From assembly GCA_951406725.2 (NCBI GenBank), contig OX597820.1, positions 63,550,001 to 63,614,000 on the forward strand: a stretch of 64,000 nt of DNA. Reading direction: 5' to 3'. This document shows, in pieces, positions 38,164 to 51,548 of the stretch. This DNA is from Octopus vulgaris. Taxonomy: Eukaryota. Positions within the stretch are counted from its first letter, which is position 1. Each line of letters begins with the position of its first letter. Below the pieces are notes generated by a model. That model was not told the DNA's origin and searched no databases. It saw only the letters and a program-made list of their open reading frames with translations. The translations under genes were made by a program, and so were the position numbers.

Positions 38164-39053
38164 TTATATATCTGTGTATGTTATATATAGATACATGTTA
38201 TATTTGCGTGCTGTGTGTATATGTGATATATGTGGGTGCGTTGTGTGTGGGTGTGTGTGTTCTGTGTGTGTGTGTGTTGTTTGTATGTGGTGTGTGTTTG
38301 TATACTACGTGTGTGTGTGTGTGTTGTTGTGTGTGTGTATGTTTGTGTGTATATATATGTGTGTGACAAACAGACGCTATCTGACCAGCAGGCACGGACA
38401 CCTCTATTCACACCCGCATACTAACCTCCTGATAACCCCAAAATCATTCATGCATAAAGGGGAAGTATACACCACATTGGCTACTTCTTCTGTTCTCTCA
38501 GTTCAGCCTTCCTGCTAATACTGACAGGTCAGTAAAAACATACTTAAAATATTCTGAGATGTACAAAAAATCCATTTTAATTTTTGCTGTCAAAACGCTG
38601 TATATATATACCAAAGATTGTATATATATACATGTAATGTGACAATTTGCGACAACCAATAATTAACGCAACCAATTCCCAATAATATATTTGTTTTATC
38701 CTTTTCTGCCAAATTTTCCCAAATATTCTCATCACACTATTGAACTTCTCTGTTACCCAACACTATATTTATACATGTAATGTGACAATTATGTATAAAA
38801 AAACATTTTTGAATTCATAATATCCAATGTGACAATTATGTAAAAAACTTTTTTGAACCCATATTATTCAATGTTTCCTTAAATGTAACTTTTGACAATC
38901 TTTTACCAAAGAGTGAAACCGGTTAAGTAAATAAACATCGTTTAAATTGCATTTTCAGAAACCTTTTTTCTTATATATATATATATATATATACTTACAT
39001 ACATATGCATATTTAAAGTGTTTCGTGAGAAAAAAAAAAGTTCGGAACCACTG
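34881..39053. mobile_element. hAT (Charlie-like) MITE split by a large palindromic insertion
   Basis: Termini cagtgcccccctaacc and gttcggaaccactg resemble CAGTGGTTCCCAACC TIRs. Flanking 8-mers atctagcc and atctaggc (7/8 identical) fit the NTCTAGAN-like Charlie target. Confidence 0.7.
35049..38976. repeat. ~3.9 kb near-perfect palindrome (two ~1.96 kb arms, 7-11 nt loop at ~37021)
   Basis: Centre catcacctacatatatataatgcatgcgtgtg-cattgaccgca-cacacgcatgcattatatatatgtaggtgatg. The unique outer parts (35049-35660 and 38363-38976) are reverse complements with only a few differences. Confidence 0.97.
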
Positions 39054-40338
39054 ATCTAGGCTTTCTGACTCTCATCCCATCACGTGACAGACCAGCCGAG
39101 CTGCGGGAATTTATATCACCTATATAAGGAACTCTTTCCCGCTATATGTTCTGTGAGGTGGGTTTGCACGATCGAGTTCGTATCTTCAGCAGAGAGTAAG
39201 TTTATATCGCAGGTAGCCTCATTTATTCTTTGACGCATACCTTTGTTCCTCTCCTCTAGCAGAGGTTATGTTACGTATTTGCTTTCCTATTCTACATCGC
39301 ATACGTCATTATCAAGTTCCAACTCCATATGCAACTATTGTGTATATATACTAACCGTTCCTTCAAGATATATCTCAACAACTTTGCTGTGTTAATGCTC
39401 TTTATCGTGTTGAATAAATCATCGCATTTAATCCTGGTTTCTTCGTTCGTCCTTTATCTATGCACGCAACCTTATTCAAACCAGATTTATCCATCAAATC
39501 AACAACCACCGTTAATGGAGTATGTTAACCAATGTGTCCATGCTTTTATAAGAGCATGGTACGCTTTTTCTGTTACTAACAAAACATACGAAAATACTAA
39601 CACATTAGTTTTTTTCTCGTCAAATACTGCTTATATTAGAACTAAAAATATTTAAATTGATGCTAATGAAGTTTGTTTGCATTTGATTGTAGATTATAAT
39701 CGGTGAAACAACCAACAAGACACGAATGAAAACGCAATTTATCTGGCAGTACAAGGATGAAAGCAAATCTATTTACGGCTGAATTTGAACGTAGAAAGCA
39801 AAAATCTGTAACAGAATACCAAAATATATTTCACCAGTTGATCTGAGGATCCGCTGAATCCTGAGCCTTTACGATGGAATACATTTAAAACATAAAATAT
39901 ACAGAGGCGTAAATAAGGTTTATATATAAAATCATAAGACAGAAAAATAATCACAGTCAGTTCGACGACAGGACACTCACTGTTTCATAGTACCAGTATA
40001 AGATATAATCGATTAGACAATAACAGTAAGAGATGGTGGGGGTGATAGGCTTATAGACAGGGTAGGGAAGAGCTTTTTCATTTTGCTTGGTGAAAGGAGA
40101 TTTTCTATTAAATAAACATATGTTTGATTATATACACAGACAATTATATATTCATACACCAATTCAAGCATACATACAGATACACATAATTACAAGACAA
40201 GACAGAAAGAGGAAAAGAGAGAGGAGTGAAAGGGGAAGAGGTTACGAACAAGGAATTTCAAATGAAATGGACAAGTTTTACGCAATGTATGCACGTATTC
40301 GTGTGAATGTGTCTGTGTGTATATATATACACGCATAC

Positions 40339-40389
<51 letters not shown>

Positions 40390-40453
40390 GTATATATATT
40401 TATGTATATGTGTAAATGTGTGTGTATGTATGTGAATTTATGTATGTAAACAT

Positions 40454-40553
<100 letters not shown>

Positions 40554-40932
40554 CTGTATGCATACAATTTACATATATGAACGTATGTGTGTATATTTAC
40601 GCACACAAATGCATATGTCATGAATTCCAATTAGCTAGAGTGTATATAATAACGGTTGGAGGACTCGCAGACAAACTTCATCAGCGTCAATCTAAAAAGG
40701 ATCATGTCTAATAAATACCGGGATTATGTTGGCTTTGTGTAAATTCCGCAGTTTCCTAATTGCTCAAGTGCTTTTCAAAGTAAATTTTTCGGTTGGTTTT
40801 CGTCTTCGTCATTGGAAGCGAATAAGCGAAGACACAACTATTGTACTGCTAATCGCTACACAGATTTAGTGGTGTAAAAAGCCATTTCGAATACAAATAT
40901 ACACAAGCACCCACCCCACCAAATTATATATG

Positions 40933-40973
<41 letters not shown>

Positions 40974-41080
40974 CTATATATATATATCTGTGTATATATT
41001 TGTATATATATATATATATATATATATACATACACACATACATCCATATATATATATATATATGTGTATATATTTGTATA

Positions 41081-41116
<36 letters not shown>

Positions 41117-41617
41117 CATACATATATATATACATACATATATATATGTATATATATGTGCAGAAGGTGCTTGGCTTACTGGTTAGTTCAATTGCCGTTG
41201 ACACGTTTTGTTAAAAGACATTTTTTCTTCACGTTGCTTCAGTCCAATCTGCTGGCAAAAATGAACTGTACCTGTGTTACGCTGGATCACTTTCAGAACT
41301 ACGTTAGGCGTAAACGTGTTTGTGGTGTGCTCGGTCACTTGTATCTTTATATATATATACCAAGAAAGTTGAAAAGGAACACACGAGTTCATATATATGG
41401 AAAAAATGTCAAGGTAGAAAATGCTAAAGTACTTTTATAAAATACATTTCAGTACCGGTTTCAGTCATTGAGAAACCTTCAACTCTAAGTATGGAAAACA
41501 ATTACATTTTGGAAAAATTGAAAGAAAAGAATTTTAAGAGAATATTTGCATTGTATTCAAATACAAGGGCCATTTTCCTTGTTTCTGCCTCTGTCTGTCT
41601 CTCTTGCTTACTTTTGT

Positions 41618-41682
<65 letters not shown>

Positions 41683-41974
41683 CAAAGTAAGCAAAAAAAT
41701 ATCATAAAGTGATGCAGTATGACCTCTTGAAGCGGCTGTATTTAATTGAGCAATGCAATCTTTACATAAATTTAAATACATGGCTATCATCAGCTGCACA
41801 AATAAATAGAATTTCCATCAGTTGGACACATTAATATATATTTTTCTCAAATACTTTAACAGAGCAAGATGTTGGGAAACATTTTTATATTATTCACCTT
41901 ACTTCGAGCTGTGCATATAATACCGGACTGACTTGGTGCTTCAATTCAAGTACTTAATTCAACTATATATATAT

Positions 41975-43205
41975 AATGGAAACACCTAAAATTTCAAACA
42001 AATTTACTTTAAAATGTGGTAGGACTGCCTTTGGAATTAATTAAACCTTGAATTCTACGGGGTATGGATTCGTAAAAATTTGAATTTCTTCCAAAGAAAT
42101 TTTTCTCCACTCTTCCCCACTTCTTGTATTGATGATAGTGGAGGACATAATCTCCTTACACGTTTTTTTCTAAAATGCACCATAAAAGTTCAGTAATATT
42201 GGGATCTGAGGACTGTGGTGAACAGATACGTTCAACTTCACTAAAATGTTCCTCGTGCCATTCAGTAACAATTTTAACTGTTTGAATTGGTACATTATCA
42301 TCCTGAAATTTTACGTTTCCCTCCGGATACAGTTCCGCAAACATAGGATGAATTTGATAAGATAAAATGCTTAAATAGTATTGACTATTAATTCTGCCAT
42401 AAAGGCAATCCATTGGGCCGGCGGATTTCTAAGATAAGCCCCCCCCCCCCCCAGATCATCACAGATCCTCCTTCATGTTTAACAGTTGGAAGAAGGTAGT
42501 CTGGTCAAATGCTTCATTTGGCTGTCTCTACATATATACTCGGCCGGTGATCAGAAATAAGGTAAAGGATGATTCATCCGAGAAAATGACATTCTTCAAC
42601 TGCTCTAGGGACCAATTCTGTAAGTGTTTACTCCACTCAAATTGCTTTTCAACGTTTGTTTTGAATGTAGATGTTTTCTGATTGCAGCCCTCTCGTGAAA
42701 TCCGGCTTAGTGCAGTTGCCGTCGGACAGTTTTTGCCTTAAACTCTGCAGTAATTTTGCATTAAGCTCTGCAGTAATTTTGGAAGCTGTACTTCTGTGAT
42801 CCTTTCTAACAATTTGCGGAAGAGACCAATTTTGGTCTTCTTCCGGAGTTTTCTTTCGACGAGGAGGTTTGTACCTCTTTCTCGAAGGCTGTCATTACGT
42901 TTGAGACACTACTTCTTGATGCACCAAATATTTCGGCTGTTTTCGTTACGCTAGCGCCTCCCATACGAGCAGCAACAATTTGACCACTCTCAAAGTCCGA
43001 TATATCTGTCATTTTAATGAATTTTAATTGACTTTTCCTGATGATATCTGACAAGGAACAGCAATTTCAGCAAAAACATAGTAAGCAACACTAATAATAA
43101 ATTAAAAAAAATATAAAAATAAACAAGCTTTTGACAGTTTTATAGATATTTCAAAATTATGATGCTATGATGCTAGGTCTTTTCATTACTTTATCCAACA
43201 CCTGT
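41975..43205 (-). mobile_element. Decayed Tc1-like DNA transposon (DD34E type)
   Basis: HTH region MTDISDFESGQIVAARMGGASVTKTAEIFGASRSSVS...SGRRPKL, then VIFSDESSF, FQDDNVPI and SPQSSDPNITELLW. One TIR (caggtgttgga...taatg) is seen at ~43180-43204; the other is partial. Confidence 0.9.
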
Positions 43206-43215
43206 GTGTGTGTGC

Positions 43216-43265
<50 letters not shown>

Positions 43266-43402
43266 TATTAAATTAGAGATAAAACCACTATTAGGCAAAT
43301 CAAACAATGACAAGCTTAAGCCAATACATAGAATTAATTAATTTATATTATTTTAAATATATATCAAAAGTATTAAAAGTTTAATCAAAGATTATATATA
43401 TA

Positions 43403-44331
43403 CTAGCAGCATAGTCCGGCGTGTCCCGGGTATGTAAGAGCCCCTAGTAGGCAACGACTTGCGGCTGCAGCAGCGATTAGCAGAAGTATGCCAAGGTTAT
43501 GTTGTCTGGTCATGTTTTGTCTCGTTGACTGCTTGAAATTGCAATGTTGGGCGTAAAGTCTTGAATATAATTTCTTCCTGGTAGGAATTCGTTCACGAAA
43601 ACATAGGTTAGTCTGGATGTTTCGATGTAATCTTTGGTTTGTATGTGGGATACCTTGAAGATTAAGTCTAGATTTCCTCCTGTGGGTTGAATTATCGATA
43701 GCTGTTTGATAGTTATTTGGGAGAGAGTTAAAGAAGGTCGAGTTGCGTCCCCTAGACAGTCTGTGGTTTGTGTTTAATACACAAATCGGTTTGTTATGTG
43801 TGCCTCATATGATTTAATTAACCCATTTTTCAAGTAATAAAGTATCCTATTGAAATAAAAAGGGCCATATAGCTCCTTGGAGTAGACATGATGCTCGCTG
43901 TGAATTTATAAAACATTCCTGCCAATTTGTTAAAGATATTGTCGAAAATATGTCATCATGAATTTGAACGCGATTTCCCAAAATGGCATGATTTTATCGA
44001 TTTTTTCTGATCGTAAGGTATTGCATGGAAAACTAACGTCGGAATTAAGTTTCTTAGAGTAACATTAAGCTTCACCATGAGTTTGGTGAAAATCGATTAC
44101 AAGTTGCGAAAACTACAACAGAAAATGTGTTGTATATGAAAAGCTTAGATTCTCGACCCCATGTCGAATTTATCGATTATTTTCAGAACTGGGGAAACTT
44201 TTCAAAATTTTCGCTTCGTTAGTTTTGAATTATGACATTGGGCTATGTGTGTGTCAAGTTTCTTCAGAATCGGTTGAAAGCCGTGGTCAGGGTAAGGGTA
44301 CAACCTGACAGACACACAGACAGACAACCTG

Positions 44332-44385
<54 letters not shown>
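43403..44385 (-). mobile_element. Non-autonomous Helitron
   Basis: The minus-strand 3' end reads cccgggacacgccggactatgctgCTAG-T (GC hairpin, CTAG, then T). The 5' end has (TA)n followed by a (TCTG)-rich tract and an accgattctgaagaaactt motif typical of Lep1-like non-autonomous Helitrons. Confidence 0.7.
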
Positions 44386-44392
<7 letters not shown>

Positions 44393-44824
44393 GCTTTCCT
44401 GCGTATACACACACTTACACACACGCGCGCGCACACACACAAGCATATATAGTGAGAGAGTGAGAAAGTGTGTAAAGTCTATTTGCCAGCGTCAAATGTC
44501 AGTCCTGATTAGGATGGTGTTACTATCTTTATATATATATATACATACATATATATATACATACATATATATATTATTGCGAGGATATGGATTCCTCTTA
44601 AAAGGGTTGTTAGCTCCAAGTATCTCCAGTTTAATCCTATATATCGAAATACATGGGAGTCAGGTTTTACTTCTTAGTATTGATTCTTATAGTTTAATAA
44701 TAGGGTTAAATATTAAACAGGTTTCGTATTCCAGGTGTATTTTAATAGATGCCTGTTCATTTCGATATATGGCTATATTTTAATATAGTATATGTTATAG
44801 AAGAAAATAGAAAATTTTAACAAA

Positions 44825-45113
44825 TAATATCAATTTATTAACATATTGTGAATTTTAACTTCGAGTTAAATATTTTGTCAGTGCGGAAAATTAATACGAT
44901 AGCAATTACATCTTAATTGATTGAGTCATCTGAAAAGACTCAATAAATTAAGATCTAATTCCACTGGCGTCAATGTTTCGCCCTGACAAAATGTTTAACT
45001 CGCAATTTTTAAAAATGCAATTTTAATTTTATAACTGCATAATTTGAATGAGTTGGACATGGAAACAATTATAGACAAATGGAAATTGACAATATGTTAA
45101 GAAATTGGTGTTA
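44825..45113. repeat. Imperfect foldback hairpin (MITE-like)
   Basis: 44862-44927 pairs with 44937-45002 around a 9 nt loop atctgaaaa. Outer arms 44825-44854 and 45083-45113 also pair. Confidence 0.75.
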
Positions 45114-45220
45114 TCTCTAACTTGTTTCGATATTTTAAAATGAGGCAATGCTGAGGCACCGTTCAGAAGTGTTTAGTACTTCAATCGACGCCGTAATTCA
45201 TTTCCTGTGACTCATTTCTT

Positions 45221-45359
45221 GGCACTGTCATGCTTTTTGCTGTCAGAAGTGAAAGTACGTCAACTTCGTTAATTTACGCCATTTATTTACGTACCACCAC
45301 GCTGTTAGGTTTATAGTTGATGTACTTTCACTTCTGACAGCTAAAAGCATGACAGTGCC
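45221..45359. mobile_element. 139 bp MITE with 45 bp TIRs and 8 bp TSD (Merlin-like termini)
   Basis: TIR ggcactgtcatgcttt(t/a)gctgtcagaagtgaaagtac(g/a)tcaact matches at 43/45 positions. catttctt flanks both sides. Confidence 0.9.
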
Positions 45360-45869
45360 CATTTCTTTATTTCGCACTATTTTTGCCGAAAGTTTTAGTT
45401 ACGCGGGCGTGAGCTATAGACCTGATAGTATGCCGATTGAAGCACGTTCACAGTCTATGGCTTCCTGATGTCAACCACGGTATTGATATAGCTCCAACGG
45501 GAATCTATCTCAGGAATTACTCAGTGTTCGTCGGGCATATAACAAATGATAGAAGCAGAAATACAATTCACGAGATTCTTTAATAATCACAAATATCGTT
45601 TCGACCCATCTTGCATCGACCACACGCGGACGAGATACTATAAAACTGGTTATGTTGCTTTCTTCGGTGTTCTGACGGAACGCATCGGCAATTAGCCTAT
45701 AGGCAACCAGCTACGGGCAAATAACGGCGTACTGTATGATCGAGCCAAGGCGAAATCGTGTTTATTGAGTGAAGTACCTATAACCAGCTGCATAGTATGA
45801 CAAGCCAGAGCGTTCGATGCAAAATTAATAACGAATCTTGTGAATTCCATTTTCTGTTTCTCAAATTCG

Positions 45870-45929
<60 letters not shown>

Positions 45930-46433
45930 TATATATATACATTATATATACATTATAAATACATATACGTGTGCGTGTGTCTGTGTGTGTGTGAGTGTAT
46001 ATAGAACTTAAAGGAATAGGGACTTCGAACCTAGACATATTATACACTATTAGAACTCTAATATAATCCTGGTTTTTGAAAAACATATCAAACGAAATAT
46101 AACACAGAATCATTTAACGTAAGCCATAAGTCGGTACTGCACTGGATAAGTAAATGCCGAGTTCGCTTCCTCCGATTTTATACAGAACACAGTTTATATA
46201 TACAAATATACACAAGGCATCATCATTATACATCTTGAAGACATGTTTATTATAGTAATATTGCCATTAAATTCACATTATATATCATTGTGGCTTTAAA
46301 TCTAATGATATTTTAATGAGAATAATACTGCAATAAACAAGTGTATAATATGTACAATTCTTCATTTTATTAAGATATCACACACACACACATGCAGACA
46401 CACCTCACATAAATACATATACAGAGTAAGTAC

Positions 46434-46479
<46 letters not shown>

Positions 46480-46629
46480 ATATATAAGCACTATATATAT
46501 GTGTATATATACACACATATATATGTATTGATATATATATATATATATATGTATAATATATGTATTGATATGTATATATATATATGTATATATATATACA
46601 TATATATATACATATATATATATATATCA

Positions 46630-46709
<80 letters not shown>

Positions 46710-47149
46710 CTGTTGTTAGAAAATAAATCATATGGTATACACCTGTTAGCGTACCGGTAGAGCACGTTCACATTTACAGTGTTCATCGGCTATTTGGTTA
46801 ATGAGAGAGACGAAGATACGAGTATTTATTGATCACTACAATTGTTTCGACCCTATCTAGCATTGATTCCTCATGTCTGGGATACTATACAGCAGATTTG
46901 TGAGTATCAGTAGTGTAGATGTGTCATTTCGGTTGATTACAAGGTTACCCCGTTAAAATAAAACCTGTTTCGTAAGATGTCCGCTTGCTATGTGCATAAA
47001 CAAACAAGAAATTAAGGGATAAAGATGACTTAGGGTATATGTCCACACACACGCATACACACACGCACACAGTCACACATATATGTATATGTGTGGACAT
47101 ATACTATTTTTTTATTAGTTTCAAGTGCTTAGTAGTTTTTTGTTTCCTT

Positions 47150-47275
47150 AAGGCAGCAGGCTGGTAAGATCGTTAAGCACGCCAGGCAAAATTTTTGAGG
47201 ACGTTTCCTTTACGTTCTAAGTTCAAATTCCGCCAAGGTCAAGTTAACTTTTTATCCTCTCGAGGTTGATAAGCT
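47150..47275 (+). mobile_element. Degenerate SINE family B
   Basis: aaggcagcaggctggtaagatcgttaagcacgccaggcaaaa...gttcaaattccgccaaggtc. Confidence 0.75.
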
Positions 47276-47458
47276 AAAACTTAACTCTTGGAATGTTTCA
47301 AAGATTTCAAGCCAAAGGTCACGGAATGAAATGTGTAATACCTTCTACTTCTCAAAGTCCTTAGAGTTTATTTTGGTACATTTATAAGTACTGGTTATAC
47401 ATTAGCAAATATATGTGCATGTATGGGAGCGTATTTGTTTTACTACCTATTGTTTCTT

Positions 47459-47489
<31 letters not shown>

Positions 47490-47567
47490 GTAACCACAGG
47501 GATACAACAAGTAGACATATATACGTGTGTGTATTATATTATACACAGATACATTGTTGTTGTTGTG

Positions 47568-47598
<31 letters not shown>

Positions 47599-47621
47599 GG
47601 ACATCTATAGGCATTGTTATT

Positions 47622-48520
47622 TATCAGGTTATCCCATGAGTTTTGTCTGAATTTTGAATAAAGAAAACAAGTGATCAAATGTTATATTTAATTAAAATTT
47701 AAACATCTATGACTTCCTTCATCTCTTTACAAGCTTTTTAATCGCATCAATGTAAATCTCTTTTGGCTTCAAAGCGAAAAAGTCTGAAATGTCAGATTCG
47801 ACCTCCTGGCTTGCGAAAGTTATGTCCCCCAAATGATTCTGTAAACTACAAAAAAATGCTAGTCTGAAGGAGCAAGATGAGGAGAATAAGGTGGATAAGG
47901 AATTAGTTTCCTAACCAAGCTCTTTGATCTTCTGTGATGTGATTTTTGCAGTGTGGGGTCGCACATTGTCATGATGAAACATCACTACTTTTCGATTCAC
48001 TAAAGCGGATCTTTTTTCCTTGAAAGTTTGTTTCAAACGCTTTAATTGCTGACAGTAGACTTGAGCGCAGATTGTCCCATTTGGTTGTAACAATTCAAAG
48101 TGAATTACGCCTTTGCGATCCCTCCAGATAGAGAGGAGAATCATTTTTCCATGAAGATCGCTTTTCGGTTGTGGTTGAGCTTTTTTCCTTTTACCAAGTC
48201 ACTGTTTACGACGTTTAACATTTCAATAGAAGATCCATTTGTCTTCACCAGTCACAAGTCTATCCAAAAAGGGTGAAATGAGTTCGCGAGAATGGAGAAA
48301 AGAGCAGATGTCAATTCAGGATTTGCGGTTGCTTTCGAATAATTCACGAGGCACACATTTTTCAATTTTAGGAAACATTTCAAGTTATTAAAGATGACGA
48401 TGAACAGTTATATGGTTAGAACTAAGCTTTGTTGCCAATTCTTCAACCGAAAATGCAGTATTTTCTTCATGTAATGCCTCAAGGAGTTTACAATCAAACT
48501 CAACTCGACGTTTTGAAATC
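47622..48520 (-). mobile_element. Decayed mariner transposon (DD34D type)
   Basis: PFLDRLVTGEDKWIFY, LLSIWRDRKGVIHFELL, FHHDNVRPH and PPYSPHLAPSD*HFF, with frameshifts. A TIR-like tatcaggttatcccatgagtt lies at 47622. Confidence 0.9.
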
Positions 48521-48924
48521 AGATGTTCATATCATCTGTGGATAAATTTTTAAAATGAGGATATCAACAGCAATGAGATAGGTAGATCGCAGGTGCAATA
48601 GCATTAAATAGCTATGAATTATAGATTTGTATGAAACGTTAGGATGCTTAAACAGGCATCTACCCGCTAGAAATTCTCAAATAATCCACCGTACCGCACC
48701 AAGATAACAGAGAAAAGCAGTATGCTAGGAAAACAGAAAGGTTTAGAACATTTAACAGCACAAATAGAAATTATTAATCGATTATGGATATCCACATACC
48801 AGATTTTGGCTTCTGAGTATTTAACCCTGAGCCTCGTCATTGTGGCCTACTGGTCATACTCCGTATCTGTCACGTTAAACTCTGACTGTGCAACTGGTTT
48901 TGTTTTGCGACAAAAACAGCACTT

Positions 48925-48992
<68 letters not shown>

Positions 48993-49323
48993 TGTGTATA
49001 TAAGTTTAGCTTAGTTAGAGATTATGATGACCGTTTAAGGGATAGAAGTATCCATTACACTACCAGTATATTACTTATGTTTAACCATGGGCATTATACA
49101 AACATATTAAGTACATTATTTATAGGTAAAGACAATGATAAACATGAATTGATCAAGATTGAAAATGTATATAAAGCAGAACATGGAGAAATATTGATGA
49201 ACAACAACTGAGTTACATCAATTATTATTTATTTTGTAATAAATAAATATCAATTGATGTAAGTCATTTGCCGTTCATCAAGATGTCCCAGTTTTCCGTT
49301 TATGTATAATACACACACACTCG

Positions 49324-49394
<71 letters not shown>

Positions 49395-49455
49395 ATACAC
49401 ACAAACACACACACATAACATATATATAGATATACTCATATATAATCACAATCAC

Positions 49456-49487
<32 letters not shown>

Positions 49488-50669
49488 TTACATATATATA
49501 TACATATGCACACATATATACATACGCACACACTCACACACATATATATACATATTCATATATACATATATGTATATATGTGTATGTACATTATTCATGT
49601 GTAGACTACTACCTGTCATGGTACATAATAACATCATTACATTTCGTAAGCTTTCAAAGCCAATCACTTTTAAGGTTAAGGATAACATGATATTAATTAT
49701 ATGCGACATATTAGTTCCTGCATATTTCTGAATGGATCTTCCTTGCTTATCATTACCATATTCTTAGAAAGATTATTTCGTAAGGCCTCTAGTAATTAGG
49801 AAGAATAACTGAACATCAAGAAAATCAAAGTTGAAGCTCTACATAAAATTATTGCTCCGTTCCTTATCTTCTGTTAAGTATTGTTTACCAGACATCGTGA
49901 CTAAACTTTAGAACGAGTCACTATGTGCGAGGTAAATCTGTTAGAAATACTCTACAAATCCCTCTGCAATTACAAACTTCAATCATTAAAAGTGTTCATA
50001 GGGACAATATTGGTTTGATATGCAACTGGCATGTTCAAAACTGAAGCGATATTGATCTTAGATCTGATTATTCAAAAGTGATATCTGATAAGAAAACAAT
50101 AACCACTGAAATTCTATTAAATGAAACCAATGTGACCTGGTGAGCAAAATTTCTATTGGAAACCCCTTTACATACCTTCCTTATGTCGCTGCAATTTTGC
50201 CAGAAAATATTACATATGTCGGTTAAAAGTGACTAAAAGACATAAATTTCATGTACACAAATTGCGTCCATATTTATTCGACTAATTTAACACGTTGCAA
50301 CTATGTCATATCTCCATAGACTAATTAGTAGTTAGAAATTGGACTGAATCTCTCTGACATTCACACTTCAACTTAAATGAGTAATTACGCATTCATTCCT
50401 TGGTCTGCTGATATTCGCTGTCCTGCAGTAATAATGCAGTTACAAAAACATAGTGTCTTTACTGGTGATTTACAACCACTTCATCTTCAATTCTTGCATG
50501 AAAAATGAACCATATATCGACAGCAAAGTTACATTTCGTCTAGTCACGAAAAAAAATAAGGCACGTTTCCTGCATATCAAATTCGCTGGATACAAAGTAC
50601 ATGTGGGTCTTGGTCTTGGACTAAATAAGAGAAACAGCGAGAAAAATATCTACAAATGCGTGGCATCCT

Positions 50670-51190
50670 GAGCAAGCCTTGTGAGTGTATTTGGTAGATG
50701 GAAACTGGAATATGTGTGTGTGTGTGTGTTTTCAGAAGTCAATCACGTATAGTAATGAACAAAAGACACTGAATGCACAGAGGTACAGATAAATGGGGGA
50801 AAAACACCGGTCACAAATTCCTTCATCAGATATCCGTTAGGGTGTCGAAAGCAATTTCATGCCATTATCGATAATATTGCATCCATCTTGGAGGCAACCA
50901 GCAAGAGAACTTGCTGGGAAAGCGACTAGATGATAACAAAACACAATGAACAACAAGGAGGAAAGGGGGACAAACAAAAATTATATGTATGTGTCTTTGC
51001 ACCTGTGTTTGTCCCCCATCTCCACATAACAACTGGTGTTGGTGTATTTACGTCCCACTAACGAAAGAAACCGTAAGAATAAGTACCAGTCTTAAAAACA
51101 AAAAGATACAGGGGTCGATTTGTTCGACTAAATTCCCCCAAGAGAGCGCCGCAGCATGGCTGCAGTCTAATGACTGAAGCAAGTAAAAGA
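50670..51190 (+). mobile_element. Degenerate SINE family A split by a ~250 bp insertion in its microsatellite
   Basis: aagccttgtgagtgtatttggtagatggaaactg at 50674. The 3' part gtgtttgtcccc...gcagcatggctgcagtctaatgactgaagcaagtaaaag lies at 50990-51190. Confidence 0.7.
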
Positions 51191-51548
51191 TAAAAGCTAC
51201 AAGAACTGTAGCCACAATCAACTTCTTCACACATACGCTGCACCTGTTGATCACCAAAATATGGTTCTTTGCTCATAGAGACCACTCAACATCAATCATA
51301 TCTAATGCTTTTATACCTTTATTCCTCGCTGTTATAGACACGCATTATTCTCACATGCACTCCTGTTCATACATGTACGTAGAACTCAAACGCCTCACTC
51401 GCAGCTTTTGCTATATTCTCATTTCAGATTCGTTGCTTGTTTCTGCTTACAGAAAAAACAGTATATTGAAGAACAAACATTTAATAATGTAAAACGTTAC
51501 AATGTACGACTTACGTTATCTACACAGCTCTTTATTGCTCACTATTTT

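Noticed and set aside
35660-38365. Long His/Thr and Cys/Val ORFs (up to 244 aa) resembling metal-binding or keratin-associated proteins
   Set aside because: They come from degenerate CA/TA microsatellite, mirrored on both strands by the palindrome.
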